Shown here: positions 8,859 to 18,286 of the stretch, in pieces
How the letters are laid out: every line of letters begins with the position of its first letter
Position numbering within the stretch: position 1 is the first letter of the stretch
IMG/VR virus record: IMGVR_UViG_3300028048_003170
Location: 5,077-69,076 of that record
Reading direction: 5' to 3' (one strand)
Length of the DNA: 64,000 bases
Source of the DNA: a virus
Lineage: Duplodnaviria > Caudoviricetes
Made by a program: the position numbers and the translations under genes
The notes under the pieces: model-generated
What the model was told of the DNA's origin: nothing
Seen by the model: only the letters and a program-made list of their open reading frames with translations
Database searches by the model: none

Positions 8859-10583
8859 ATGAGAAGAAAACGAGTACCCATCGCTCCTAGTCTAAAAATT
8901 GATTTGGACGGAAATCTGATTTCCGAGAAGAAAGAGAAAGACGTCAGTGAGTTGACGCTGTTGCAAACCATTGAGCGCGTGGTGGAATTGTCCAAGGACA
9001 GCGAGCTGGATGATGAATTCCTGGAGAGCGCTGAGCCTGAACTGACCCTATTGTCGTCACGACTTAGCGTGACCCCTGTGCAGGCTGTGCTGTTTTCTAT
9101 CTGCCTGAACTGCGGTCACTACCGCATCAATTATGACGACCTGGCTTCTCATCTTGATATTAGCAATGTGCGGGTGCTGAGTTACGGAAAGGACCTTGAC
9201 GCGCTGGTTCGACGCCGCCTGCTCCGCTACCGCGATGTAATGGAGGGGGATAGTGTCGGCGTCCCCCGTGATGTGCTCAAGGCCTTGAAAAATGACGAGG
9301 TTCCCGAGTTGCCCAAAATCAAGGGGCTCGATGTGTTTGAATTCTTCGAGGCGGTGAACCGCATCTTCAACGACCTGACTGATGATGCCGCCACCTTCTA
9401 TGAGGCGCGGCAGGAACTCGAGGACCTTGTCGCCGCCAATCCCAAGTTGGAGTTTGTCAAGCGTCTTCGCGCACTCAAGCTCAGAGGATTCAACTGGATG
9501 ATTCTTTTCTTCTTCATCCACCTCTGTGTCAATAAGGACTATAACCGCATCCGCAGCGGCGAACTGAGCCTGCTCTTCACACGACAGAGCCAATTCAGCG
9601 AGACGCGCAGTGCGTTGCAGAGCGGTAACCATCCATTGATGGAGAAGAAACTCATTGAACACTTCTGTGAAGACGGCATCGCCGACCCCACAACCTACTG
9701 CCTCACCAGTTCGGCCAAGAGCAACCTGTTATGCGAGCTCAATCTCAAGACCAGCGATGTCAGAATCGCCGATTTGCGCAATCCTGCCGACCTCACTCCC
9801 AAGGAGATGTTCTATCCTGCCGAAGTCGGGAAGCAGGTGGTGGAACTCTCGTCGTTCCTCTCGCAGGAGAAATACGGCGAGATTCACGAGCGGATGCAGC
9901 AGCAGGGTTTCCGCCAGGGCTTTGCGTGCCTGTTCTACGGCGGCCCCGGCACGGGCAAGACCGAGACCGTCTATCAGTTGGCGCGCCGCACGGGTCGCCC
10001 CATTATGACGGTCGATGTGCCGCAAATCAAGAGCAAGTGGGTGGGCGAAAGCGAAAAGAACCTCAAGGCGTTGTTTGAACGCTACCGTGGCGCGGTGAAC
10101 CGCTGCGAGGTGGCGCCCATCCTGTTCTTCAACGAGGCCGATGCCATCATCGGCAAGCGCAAGAGCGGTGCCGAGTATGCGGTGGACAAGATGGAGAACA
10201 CCCTCCAGAACATCCTGCTGCAGGAGATGGAGAACCTAGACGGCATCCTCATCGCCACGACCAACCTCGAGGGTAATCTTGACAGCGCATTCGAGCGCCG
10301 CTTCCTCTACAAGATTAAGTTCGAGACGCCCGATGCCACTGTCCGTGCCAAGATTTGGCAAGAGATGATAAAAGACCTTACCGAGGCCGAGGCCGGGCAT
10401 CTGGCCAAGGTCTTCGACTTCAGCGGAGGGCAGATTGAGAACGTCGCCCGTAAGTATGCCATTAGCAGCATCCTCTATGGTGCGGGTGCCAAGCCCCGTC
10501 TGGAGCAGTTGGTGGACTACTGCAAGAGCGAGCAGTTGGCGAGCAAGACGGTTGCCAAGTCAGTCGGTTTTCACACCGCCTGA
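8859..10583 (+). CDS. AAA+ ATPase with extended N-terminal helical region (cargo)
   Basis: Walker A FYGGPGTGKTE, Walker B-like FFNEADAI, sensor IATTN, SRH LDSAFERRF. Confidence 0.9.
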   Translation: MRRKRVPIAPSLKIDLDGNLISEKKEKDVSELTLLQTIERVVELSKDSELDDEFLESAEPELTLLSSRLSVTPVQAVLFSICLNCGHYRINYDDLASHLDISNVRVLSYGKDLDALVRRRLLRYRDVMEGDSVGVPRDVLKALKNDEVPELPKIKGLDVFEFFEAVNRIFNDLTDDAATFYEARQELEDLVAANPKLEFVKRLRALKLRGFNWMILFFFIHLCVNKDYNRIRSGELSLLFTRQSQFSETRSALQSGNHPLMEKKLIEHFCEDGIADPTTYCLTSSAKSNLLCELNLKTSDVRIADLRNPADLTPKEMFYPAEVGKQVVELSSFLSQEKYGEIHERMQQQGFRQGFACLFYGGPGTGKTETVYQLARRTGRPIMTVDVPQIKSKWVGESEKNLKALFERYRGAVNRCEVAPILFFNEADAIIGKRKSGAEYAVDKMENTLQNILLQEMENLDGILIATTNLEGNLDSAFERRFLYKIKFETPDATVRAKIWQEMIKDLTEAEAGHLAKVFDFSGGQIENVARKYAISSILYGAGAKPRLEQLVDYCKSEQLASKTVAKSVGFHTA

Positions 10584-10634
10584 TACATAAATCAAGTGAA
10601 TGTTCAACCCTTAAAACGGAGCTCATATCTTGAG
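10581..10634 (+). repeat. Direct repeat copy 1 (intergenic)
   Basis: caagtgaatgttcaacccttaaaacggag (10593-10621) is identical to 11369-11397; flanks also similar. Confidence 0.9.
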
Positions 10635-10636
10635 AT

Positions 10637-11359
10637 TTGGTTATGGAACGAAAATATAAATACAAACAAGAGAACATTGACGTTGACGGGATGTTGCCGT
10701 TTGAGGACTTTTCGTCAGCATTTACAGAAAGCTACTCCGAAAAATACGGGTGTATGGTAAAGGAGTATGCTGACTCTGCGAACAACAACATCATTTTGGA
10801 GGGGTCGTTCAATCGCCTGCTCCAGCAGATGGATAGCAAGGATTTCGCAATCATCTCCGCTTACCGCAAAGAGAAAACCAAGAAAGAGAACATCTTGCGC
10901 AACCGCAAGCTGCGTGGGATTCTCAACGACAAGAAGATGGGTGTTCATCAGTTGGTCGGTCATTGGCAGGAAGCTCCCGAAGGGGTCAACTACAAGAACG
11001 CAAAGAAAAGTGAACTCACGGAAGTTGTTGAGCGTTCCTATTTCATTGCCCGCCCCGCAGATATGTCATACAGTGAATTCAGGCACATCATCATTGACCT
11101 GCTTACCATTGACGGCTTGGCGCAGGACTGCGGCATCATTCACAACAACGGTGGCGACTACAATGTAATCTACCCAAGCGGAACGGTTGAGAAAATCGGC
11201 AGCAACATCACTATGGACAAGGTGGGGCAGGCTTATTCACATTATGTGAAGAAAAGCGATAGACCATTTGTGTTTGAGGGTGTTGAGTCCCCTTCTTCAA
11301 TCAGCGGTATGCGAATGTTTGCCGACAACGGGTTGGAATACCCCCGCATTAACGACTGA
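10637..11359 (+). CDS. Hypothetical protein, DUF3293-like (FAIISAYR...EN..RN..L motif)
   Basis: 240 aa; motif resembles a family common in large phages (recognised by eye). Confidence 0.55.
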   Translation: MVMERKYKYKQENIDVDGMLPFEDFSSAFTESYSEKYGCMVKEYADSANNNIILEGSFNRLLQQMDSKDFAIISAYRKEKTKKENILRNRKLRGILNDKKMGVHQLVGHWQEAPEGVNYKNAKKSELTEVVERSYFIARPADMSYSEFRHIIIDLLTIDGLAQDCGIIHNNGGDYNVIYPSGTVEKIGSNITMDKVGQAYSHYVKKSDRPFVFEGVESPSSISGMRMFADNGLEYPRIND

Positions 11360-11410
11360 TACGCAAACCAAGTGAATGTTCAACCCTTAAAACGGAGTTC
11401 ATATGTTGAG
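11357..11410 (+). repeat. Direct repeat copy 2 (intergenic)
   Basis: Starts at the TGA of the preceding gene, as does copy 1. Confidence 0.9.
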
Positions 11411-11732
11411 ATTAATTGCGCCAAGCAGGGCCGAAAACCTGTTGCTGAAAGCCAAACTGCGTGATGAAGCCTATGCCAAGTGGCTCAATAGCGATGCAGG
11501 GCAGGAAATGCAGGGCCGAGTGGCACGCTGGTTTGAAAACAATATGTGCGGATGTACCAGTAACCAAGGAGCCAGATACACCTATGGTGAAATGCTCGAC
11601 GTGCAGTTGGGCGGGCGGTTTGACATCGTGTATGTAATGCTCAAAGAGTCGGACATCGCCGATCCGTATGACCGGCTGTTTGCCGCCCACAGGCTGCTTG
11701 AAATGATTAAACAGTATGATGAATCACATTAA
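11403..11732 (+). CDS. Hypothetical protein (paralogue A)
   Basis: 109 aa; clearly similar to the next ORF (D.AYA.W..S..GQEM.GRV..W...N..GC; DPYDR). Confidence 0.75.
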   Translation: MLRLIAPSRAENLLLKAKLRDEAYAKWLNSDAGQEMQGRVARWFENNMCGCTSNQGARYTYGEMLDVQLGGRFDIVYVMLKESDIADPYDRLFAAHRLLEMIKQYDESH

Positions 11733-12066
11733 CGGAAGGAGGCAAGTTATGGAAACGTTAGGAAGCGTTTGGAACAGTTATCTGGAAAAGAAACTGTGGG
11801 ATGATGCCTATGCCCAGTGGATTGCAAGCGAGTCCGGGCAGGAGATGGAAGGCCGCGTGAGGCGTTGGTGCCGTGACAATCTGGAGGGTTGTTGCTTCGA
11901 TGATACAAGAATCTCCTATGGCGAAATGCTTAACACCACTTCTGGCAACCGCTATGACATCGTTTATCTTTTCCTGAACGAGACAGGCATCACCGATCCC
12001 TATGACCGATGTTTCGTTGTGCGCACACTTTTGGAAGAAATGGAAAAATACGACACCATTGATTGA
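11716..12066 (+). CDS. Hypothetical protein (paralogue B)
   Basis: 116 aa; paralogue of 11403-11732; start may be 11749. Confidence 0.75.
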   Translation: MMNHINGRRQVMETLGSVWNSYLEKKLWDDAYAQWIASESGQEMEGRVRRWCRDNLEGCCFDDTRISYGEMLNTTSGNRYDIVYLFLNETGITDPYDRCFVVRTLLEEMEKYDTID

Positions 12067-12121
12067 TGCAATGGAGAATCTTCTCCATAGTGTTATTCTC
12101 TGAGGAACAAATATTTAAAAA

Positions 12122-12149
12122 AGCAGGCGGCGCTCACGCGTGGTCTGCT
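12122..12149. terminator. Probable terminator between convergent operons
   Basis: agcaggc..cgctcacgcg..gtctgct stem next to an A-run. Confidence 0.5.
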
Positions 12150-12189
12150 CTCCAATGTTTAATTCTAATATTATAATTCCAATAAAGAT

Positions 12190-12624
12190 TCAGTGATTTT
12201 GTCTAAAATCCTTCGACAAAGCCGATGATAATATCCCGCAGAACGTCCTGCCTACGTTCTCCTCGTAGAACTCCTTCAGTCGCATGACTGAGGCGTAATA
12301 CTTGCGGGAGAACCAGCGGCGGCGCTGGCGTTTCTTGGCTCTGCCAAGATCACCGGAGTTGCCACGGGGCGTCTCGCGGCCCGTGCCGTAGTCCTGCCAC
12401 AGGCCGTATTCGAGGAAGGACTGGGACAATCCGACCTCGAAGAAGCGGCCATCGGCACGCACCGGCAACGACTTTGGCGATGCCAGCAGTGCGCCCGTGT
12501 CTATGACTCCGAGCAGCGTGATCTGCTCCTGCCAGATGCGCAGCATCGTGTCGTTGAAGGCCGTCACGAACTTCTCGCGCTCCTGCTGGGCCTGTTGTTC
12601 GGTAGTCGGCTTATTCCCATTCAT
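12190..12624 (-). CDS. Putative neck/tail-completion protein
   Basis: 144 aa; DTGALLAS and EYG..QDYGTG motifs resemble HK97 gp10-like proteins. Confidence 0.5.
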   Translation of the reverse strand: MNGNKPTTEQQAQQEREKFVTAFNDTMLRIWQEQITLLGVIDTGALLASPKSLPVRADGRFFEVGLSQSFLEYGLWQDYGTGRETPRGNSGDLGRAKKRQRRRWFSRKYYASVMRLKEFYEENVGRTFCGILSSALSKDFRQNH

Positions 12625-13111
12625 CGGCGTTGTATCTCAAATCGGTATAGACATCGACGGCTACCTGGAAGTAGGCGCAGGCGCAGCCTGAAAAGAAATA
12701 GCGGTCGATCTCGTTGAACGATATCCTCGGGTCAAGGTAGATGCAGTGCTGCTCCAGCTTGGTCTTCTCCAGGATCAGCAGCGACATGAACTGGCGGAAC
12801 AGCTCGCGCAGGGTCTCCATGCAGCGGTTGCGTGCCGCCATGTCGTCGATCTTGTGGCGCATGGCCAGGAACACGGTCTTCACCCGCCGGGTGTGGGGCG
12901 TGTTGTTCAACTCGGTGTAGCCGTTGGCGATGTCCGAGACGCAGATGAAGGCGGTTGTCCGCTGCATGTGCGCCAGCGCCTCCTCGAAACCGTCCAGACC
13001 GCTGACACGGCAAAAGGCAAATCCTTTGGCCTTTGCCAAGCGGTTGGTGGCGGCCAGGTGGCCGAAGTATTCGGTGGCATCCCAGATGCCTTTGGGATAT
13101 TGCTCTGTCAT
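12611..13111 (-). CDS. Phage hypothetical (probable tail/neck) protein
   Basis: 166 aa, overlapping neighbours in morphogenesis operon. Confidence 0.6.
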   Translation of the reverse strand: MTEQYPKGIWDATEYFGHLAATNRLAKAKGFAFCRVSGLDGFEEALAHMQRTTAFICVSDIANGYTELNNTPHTRRVKTVFLAMRHKIDDMAARNRCMETLRELFRQFMSLLILEKTKLEQHCIYLDPRISFNEIDRYFFSGCACAYFQVAVDVYTDLRYNADEWE

Positions 13112-13884
13112 TTCTGTGGGTATTTACGGTTAAAGTCCTCGTACTCTTTGGCGAGTGCATCCAGTTCTGTGAGGGCCCGCCAGGTGTCTATGGCGAGCAC
13201 CTCCTTCTCTTTGGTCACGTCGCCCTTGGTAAGGGCGCGGATCTGCGAGTTGACTGCCTCGTACAGGATCTCATACTGGGATTTGGTCTGTTCAAACATG
13301 TTGCCGTCAGCATCGCCTGCGTTGCTGATGGGCTTGAAGAAGTGTTTGAACTGACGGGCGAACATCTCCTTGAGTGAGGCGAACCAGTAGAACACGCCGA
13401 TGCGTTCCGCCTCGGTGGGATTCACCTTGGAGGACTTATAGAGCTGCCTGGCGAGGTCGTCAAGCAGCGCGTCCTCCTTGGCTGAGAGATAACCCTGGTA
13501 GAGGTTGTCGCAGATGATGAACGTCTCGAAGGGCACTTCCTGGAAGTCTGCAGTCAATGCACGGTGTTTGCCGATTCTTGAGATGCACACGGGCTTTGAG
13601 GGAAGCGAGTCAATCCAGTCGAGCGCAGCGATGGCCGCATTGACCTGCTCGGCCATGATGACGAATTCGTCGTCAGCGAATTTGCACCACCACCCTCGGC
13701 CGTATTTGTGCATGACCTGCATGCCTGTCCATCGGAAAAGGCAGTAGGTCTTGACCTGCGGCGAAGGGAAGCCCTGTGCCATCAGGCCGAACACGTAGCG
13801 CAGCTGGTTGTCGGCCAGCTTGTCCCATCCAGTGGGAACAGTCAGGTTGACGTTGATTGTAGGATTGTCTTTGACTTGTTGCAT
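13108..13884 (-). CDS. Phage hypothetical protein (possible tail assembly chaperone)
   Basis: Likely start ATG 13884 (MQQVKDNP) just downstream of the promoter motif; C-terminal WRALTELDALAKE. Confidence 0.6.
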   Translation of the reverse strand: MQQVKDNPTINVNLTVPTGWDKLADNQLRYVFGLMAQGFPSPQVKTYCLFRWTGMQVMHKYGRGWWCKFADDEFVIMAEQVNAAIAALDWIDSLPSKPVCISRIGKHRALTADFQEVPFETFIICDNLYQGYLSAKEDALLDDLARQLYKSSKVNPTEAERIGVFYWFASLKEMFARQFKHFFKPISNAGDADGNMFEQTKSQYEILYEAVNSQIRALTKGDVTKEKEVLAIDTWRALTELDALAKEYEDFNRKYPQK

Positions 13885-13906
13885 AATAAAAGCGGTTATC
13901 GTACTG

Positions 13907-13941
13907 CGAAGGTACGGTAACCGCCTTGGTACTGAAAAGAC
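13907..13941 (-). promoter_or_regulatory. Putative phage late promoter (GTCTTTT-N20-TACCTTCG)
   Basis: cgaaggta 13907-13914, 20 nt spacer, aaaagac 13935-13941. Confidence 0.65.
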
Positions 13942-13964
13942 AAGATACGTATTAATTAAAAGAT

Positions 13965-14888
13965 TCAATCGGCACCCTTAAAATCTATTTCACCCTCTAT
14001 GGCAATCCCGTTTTTCTTGCCGAAAGGAGATAAACTCGACGTTGATATAGAATACTTTGCTAGGCGACTTTCGATCATTTTCATTCTTTCTTCATAATTT
14101 GGGAGAAGCGCAGCTGTAAATGGAAAATTATAATGCAGATGAAGTTGTACAAGCATATATGATTTGCAATAAAAATCGCAAAGACTATTTTTGAACGATT
14201 CATCAGTAGATGCTTTTTTGTCTGCTTTATCAGCAGACTTTTCCCCTGAAAGGGGGTTATCACCAAAATCTTCTACAAATTTGTCCATAAATGACAGTGT
14301 TTTCAAAATTCCTTCTTGAGTTTGGTGAGTCTCATTTAAGGATATACATGTATTTAGCCAAGCATCATCGATTTCGTTATCAACAAAGTTAGGATCAAAA
14401 TCACCAAGAAATAGTGCGTTCTCAACACCATGATAAACTGTAAATTCGTGTTTAGGAGTTGGTAATACAATGTGAAATGCATTACCTTTTTTAAAGAGAT
14501 ATCTATTAAAGACATCTTCTGCAATCATTTCAGGCTTGCCTAAGACCCTTTCAGCATATCTTTCTAAACAATGATTTGTGAAGACAAGAACAACTCCATT
14601 AGGATAAAAACAAGCAAAACATCTTCTTTTGTTCCAGAGGAATTGAGTCTTGAAATATACTTCATAGCCGATAGCTGAAGAAAAGACCTTGTACTTAAAT
14701 ACGGTCCGATTCTTTGTGGTCACTTCTTCCCATGGTGAAGTAATTATTCCTTTATTTCTCTGAGCCTTAGCCCTTAGTGATGCTTTATATTTAGGAATCC
14801 TTTTTTCAAAATAAGGATACACCTCATTATCAAATTCCTTGCGCAATGAGCGCATTACTTCACTCTTTGTCATTGTGTCGAGTATCAT
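13965..14888 (-). CDS. AT-rich hypothetical protein (moron)
   Basis: 307 aa ORF, sharply AT-rich, interrupts the morphogenesis genes. Confidence 0.75.
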   Translation of the reverse strand: MILDTMTKSEVMRSLRKEFDNEVYPYFEKRIPKYKASLRAKAQRNKGIITSPWEEVTTKNRTVFKYKVFSSAIGYEVYFKTQFLWNKRRCFACFYPNGVVLVFTNHCLERYAERVLGKPEMIAEDVFNRYLFKKGNAFHIVLPTPKHEFTVYHGVENALFLGDFDPNFVDNEIDDAWLNTCISLNETHQTQEGILKTLSFMDKFVEDFGDNPLSGEKSADKADKKASTDESFKNSLCDFYCKSYMLVQLHLHYNFPFTAALLPNYEERMKMIESRLAKYSISTSSLSPFGKKNGIAIEGEIDFKGAD

Positions 14889-15214
14889 AGCGTTGCATTC
14901 AATTTCTTAATACGTTTTCTATTTTCTTCCTCGATCTCGTTGTTGTTAAAATCAAAGGGATAAGGCGAACGATAAGCCTTCAATGACTGGAAAAAGTTAC
15001 CAGTTTTCATGGGTGGTTTTTCCCAATTGTCTTTAAATCCCTTTGTTAATCTCTTTAATTCAGAATAACATTTTTCGGAAAAGACTACTCGCTCATCTTT
15101 TACGAACAAATCTTTAAGGTAACCAGAGTCATAACGGATAATTTGACGTATGGTTTCACCTTCATGCCTTTTTGAAAAAGGAATAACATCATCTATTTCA
15201 AAAAAATTACTCAT
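14885..15214 (-). CDS. AT-rich hypothetical protein (moron)
   Basis: Likely start 15214 (MSNFFEIDD); 4 bp overlap with the next gene. Confidence 0.6.
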   Translation of the reverse strand: MSNFFEIDDVIPFSKRHEGETIRQIIRYDSGYLKDLFVKDERVVFSEKCYSELKRLTKGFKDNWEKPPMKTGNFFQSLKAYRSPYPFDFNNNEIEEENRKRIKKLNATL

Positions 15215-15303
15215 AACTAATTGTGTATCTTTGTTACAAGTACAAAGATACACAATTTTTGCGATAATAACTCATCTATTCAATAAAGTATTTCTCTCAC
15301 CTG

Positions 15304-16158
15304 TCAGAACCAGTATCCATTTGCCTGCTTTTTGTTCTCGAACACGGGCGGCTCGAAGAGTTTGTAGGTGGCTGAGTTGCGGAAATGCGGGAACGAGGCC
15401 TCGTTCTTGCGCATGAAGTCAACGATGTCACGCAGCGACTGCACGGGCACCTGGCCTCCCTGCAGCACGGTGACTACGGCGTGCCGTAGTTGCTCGATGA
15501 CGCGGAAGTGGTGAGAGGTGGCCACGGTCAGGTCGCTGAGCATGGTCATCACCTCGCTGCGGAACACGGCGAGCTGCTCGGGCGAGATGTATTCCTCGGC
15601 GAGGCGCTGTTCCACGTCGATCGCCTTGGAGCGCAGGCCCAGGTAATTGGCCCAGCGGTGGTCGGTGAAGCCGCACAGGTTGGCCAGGTCAATGTTCGGG
15701 AACAGCGTGGCGTTGAACCACTGGCGCATGGGGCTGTCCGTCCACGTGCTGTTGAGGAACAGGTTGTGGATCAACTGCTCGATGGCGATGTCCCGGCTCG
15801 TCTCCAGCGAGCCGAGGAGCCTGGCCACACGGTGGGGACTTGCGGGAGCGACATTCTGGTTGCTCACGATGCCGAACCCGTTCGGCGTGAGCACCAGGTC
15901 AAGCGAGGGAACGGCCCGCAAGAAGGCCTCGTGGACGGTGACGAGGTTGGCGCACGTGCGCAGCGGCTCGGTCTCGGGCATGGCGGTGAGTTCGGGGGCG
16001 AGGTCGCTCCCGATGAACTGGGTCATCACCCATCGCTCAGCTTGGTCGAGCCACGGCAGAATCTTCTCATAGAAGGGCGTTTCGCCCTCCACGGTGTCGA
16101 AAGCGTTGGGCAGGTATCTGCGCAACTGCTGGTCATTGGTTATCAGTCTCGTTTCCAT
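15304..16158 (-). CDS. Phage structural protein downstream of portal (possible head-tail adaptor)
   Basis: 284 aa, overlaps portal 3' end; VLTPNGFGIVSN..APAS motif. Confidence 0.55.
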   Translation of the reverse strand: METRLITNDQQLRRYLPNAFDTVEGETPFYEKILPWLDQAERWVMTQFIGSDLAPELTAMPETEPLRTCANLVTVHEAFLRAVPSLDLVLTPNGFGIVSNQNVAPASPHRVARLLGSLETSRDIAIEQLIHNLFLNSTWTDSPMRQWFNATLFPNIDLANLCGFTDHRWANYLGLRSKAIDVEQRLAEEYISPEQLAVFRSEVMTMLSDLTVATSHHFRVIEQLRHAVVTVLQGGQVPVQSLRDIVDFMRKNEASFPHFRNSATYKLFEPPVFENKKQANGYWF

Positions 16159-17494
16159 TGGTGTTCTTTTTGAGTGTTACTTCTTTGGCATCCTGGTGTT
16201 CGTCCAGCGTTGTGAGCTGGATGAAGGGGCAGTCGGGATAGGCACCCGTCCAGCCGTTGAAGCGTATCACGATCTGGTGGACCGTGAACAGCAGGTCGTG
16301 ATAGGGCTTCTGCAGGGCCTGGGCGATGGTGTACAATTCGCGCTTGTCGCTGCCCGAGTTGTTGCTCTGCGACTTCCCGGGCACGCTGCCCACCAGGTTG
16401 CTGTGCACGCGCATGGTGAAACATATCATGTTCACCGCCTCCTGGATGTCCGTTGACCAGTCGCCGCCCTCCTTGTCGGAGTCAATCTTGTTGATGACGA
16501 CCTCGTGCTGCACCTCGCCTGTGGGAGCCACGTAGAACGTGGAGAACCACACCTTGCCGGCGTTCTCGACGCCCGTGAGGAAGTCGAGGATCTGCTGCTT
16601 CTCCTTGACGATGCGCTTCTGCTGCTCCTGGCGGTCGGTGATGCCTTCGCTCTTGAAGATGCTGTCCCAGTACTTGTTGGAGATCTCGATCTGGTACTTG
16701 ATCGGGGCGATGTTCTTCAGCTTGGCCTCCTTGGCCAGGCCGATGAGCTGCTTGATGTTGTACCACTTGCCCCGGAACAGGGCCCCATAGTACGGGATCG
16801 GATAATAGGTGCTGTCGGGGGTGGGTACCCTTGTCAGCACGGCAAATTTCCTCGCCTTGGTGCGGACACGACGTTTGCCGTCGTCCCCGGCGATGCGCCC
16901 CATGCGTATGGCCAGGTCGCGCCATGGCGAGTTGATGTCGAGCAGGTCAATCACCTCGATGTCCTCACGGTTGGCCACGGGCTGGCGCCAGTTGGCGTAG
17001 AGCAATTGGCGGATGCTGCCGTCTCGCTCCGCAGGGGTGAGCCGGCAGTAACAGGCCTCCTTGCGGATGAGGCGCACGATCTTGGTTCCGTCGGCATTGA
17101 GGATGATGACGGACACGGCGAAGGCGAAGTGCTTGAAGTCCTGGCACACGCCGAGGAAGTACGAGGGCATGGCATTGTCGAGCAGGAAGTCCTCGACCTC
17201 CTGTTTGACATTGCCAGTGCACGAGTCTGTGTTGTACTGCAGGCCGCTGCCGTAGCAGACCTCGGCATTGAACATCTGGCAGGTGGCGAGGGTCTCGTCA
17301 CTCTCGATGAGGTCAATGATGTGATACGGCATGCTGTTGTCCGCTCCCCAGGGTATATAGGACAACGACTTGTCGATGATGGTGGGCACGATGTCCACGT
17401 CCTCTTTGAACACCTTGCCGCTGTCGGTCTTGAAAGCGGCCGATGCGTTGAGCACCGGGATGGTTTCCACTGAGTTGAATTGAAGTTCTTCCAT
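16133..17494 (-). CDS. Phage portal protein
   Basis: 453 aa; size, YIPWGADN motif, C-terminal SNNSGSDKRE..IAQAL pattern and context. Confidence 0.7.
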   Translation of the reverse strand: MEELQFNSVETIPVLNASAAFKTDSGKVFKEDVDIVPTIIDKSLSYIPWGADNSMPYHIIDLIESDETLATCQMFNAEVCYGSGLQYNTDSCTGNVKQEVEDFLLDNAMPSYFLGVCQDFKHFAFAVSVIILNADGTKIVRLIRKEACYCRLTPAERDGSIRQLLYANWRQPVANREDIEVIDLLDINSPWRDLAIRMGRIAGDDGKRRVRTKARKFAVLTRVPTPDSTYYPIPYYGALFRGKWYNIKQLIGLAKEAKLKNIAPIKYQIEISNKYWDSIFKSEGITDRQEQQKRIVKEKQQILDFLTGVENAGKVWFSTFYVAPTGEVQHEVVINKIDSDKEGGDWSTDIQEAVNMICFTMRVHSNLVGSVPGKSQSNNSGSDKRELYTIAQALQKPYHDLLFTVHQIVIRFNGWTGAYPDCPFIQLTTLDEHQDAKEVTLKKNTNGNETDNQ

Positions 17495-17505
17495 AATCTG
17501 AATGG

Positions 17506-18024
17506 TTATTTATCACTTGGTTGCCAGTTGCTGCAGCCCTCGTCATCGTCGTGTTCCATGCCATACTCATACATGGCCACATCATAATCCGCGTCGAGGA
17601 TGCAATGGGCATTATTTTTTTCGTCTCTCGCATAGCTCGCCAGCATATCCTCCGATGCTGACGGGTATTTCTTCCTGAGGTCATATATCAGTTCCTCGTC
17701 TGTCATGTTGAGCATTGTGAGGGCATCTATATGCTCGGGCACCAGATTCGAAAACTGTTCACTGACCATCTTCCTGACATCTTCCCTACTCCTGTAATAT
17801 ACTTCGGGAAGGTTTTCCCTTGCGAATTGATTTATCTCATCGGTCACCTTAATTAGGTAGTCTATAATCCCAATTCCCATCTCCATTATTAAGATGGTTT
17901 TCATTACGACGTGAACCCGTTCTTTGCCCCATTCCAGATTTGTGTCAATATGTACCCCAACGCCCTCTTTGTCGTTCCAAAGAATAACAATGCTTTCGTT
18001 TCTTTCTACTCTGATTTTTTCCAT
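17506..18024 (-). CDS. AT-rich acidic hypothetical protein (moron)
   Basis: 172 aa ORF inserted directly upstream of portal. Confidence 0.65.
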   Translation of the reverse strand: MEKIRVERNESIVILWNDKEGVGVHIDTNLEWGKERVHVVMKTILIMEMGIGIIDYLIKVTDEINQFARENLPEVYYRSREDVRKMVSEQFSNLVPEHIDALTMLNMTDEELIYDLRKKYPSASEDMLASYARDEKNNAHCILDADYDVAMYEYGMEHDDDEGCSNWQPSDK

Positions 18025-18048
18025 GTTTCTAGTGATTAATGGTTTATA

Positions 18049-18282
18049 TTATAAGAACACTTCCAGGCCGTTGATCTCGAAGATGCAACAGATGCGGGCC
18101 TGGCGTATCTGATGCGAGTCCAGCAGCTTGAACTGCTGGGTGCCCTGGTAGAAGTTGTAGCGCAGGGGGATGCAGTTGCGCCAGCACTGGATCTCCCCGC
18201 TCTTGGTCCAGAGCTTCAGGTCAACCGGGTCGCCGGCCTTCAGCATTCGGCGCAGTGTGCTGATGTGGATGGATTGTGCCAT
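18049..18282 (-). CDS. Small phage hypothetical protein
   Basis: Likely start 18282 (MAQSIHIST), 77 aa. Confidence 0.7.
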   Translation of the reverse strand: MAQSIHISTLRRMLKAGDPVDLKLWTKSGEIQCWRNCIPLRYNFYQGTQQFKLLDSHQIRQARICCIFEINGLEVFL

Positions 18283-18286
18283 AGTC

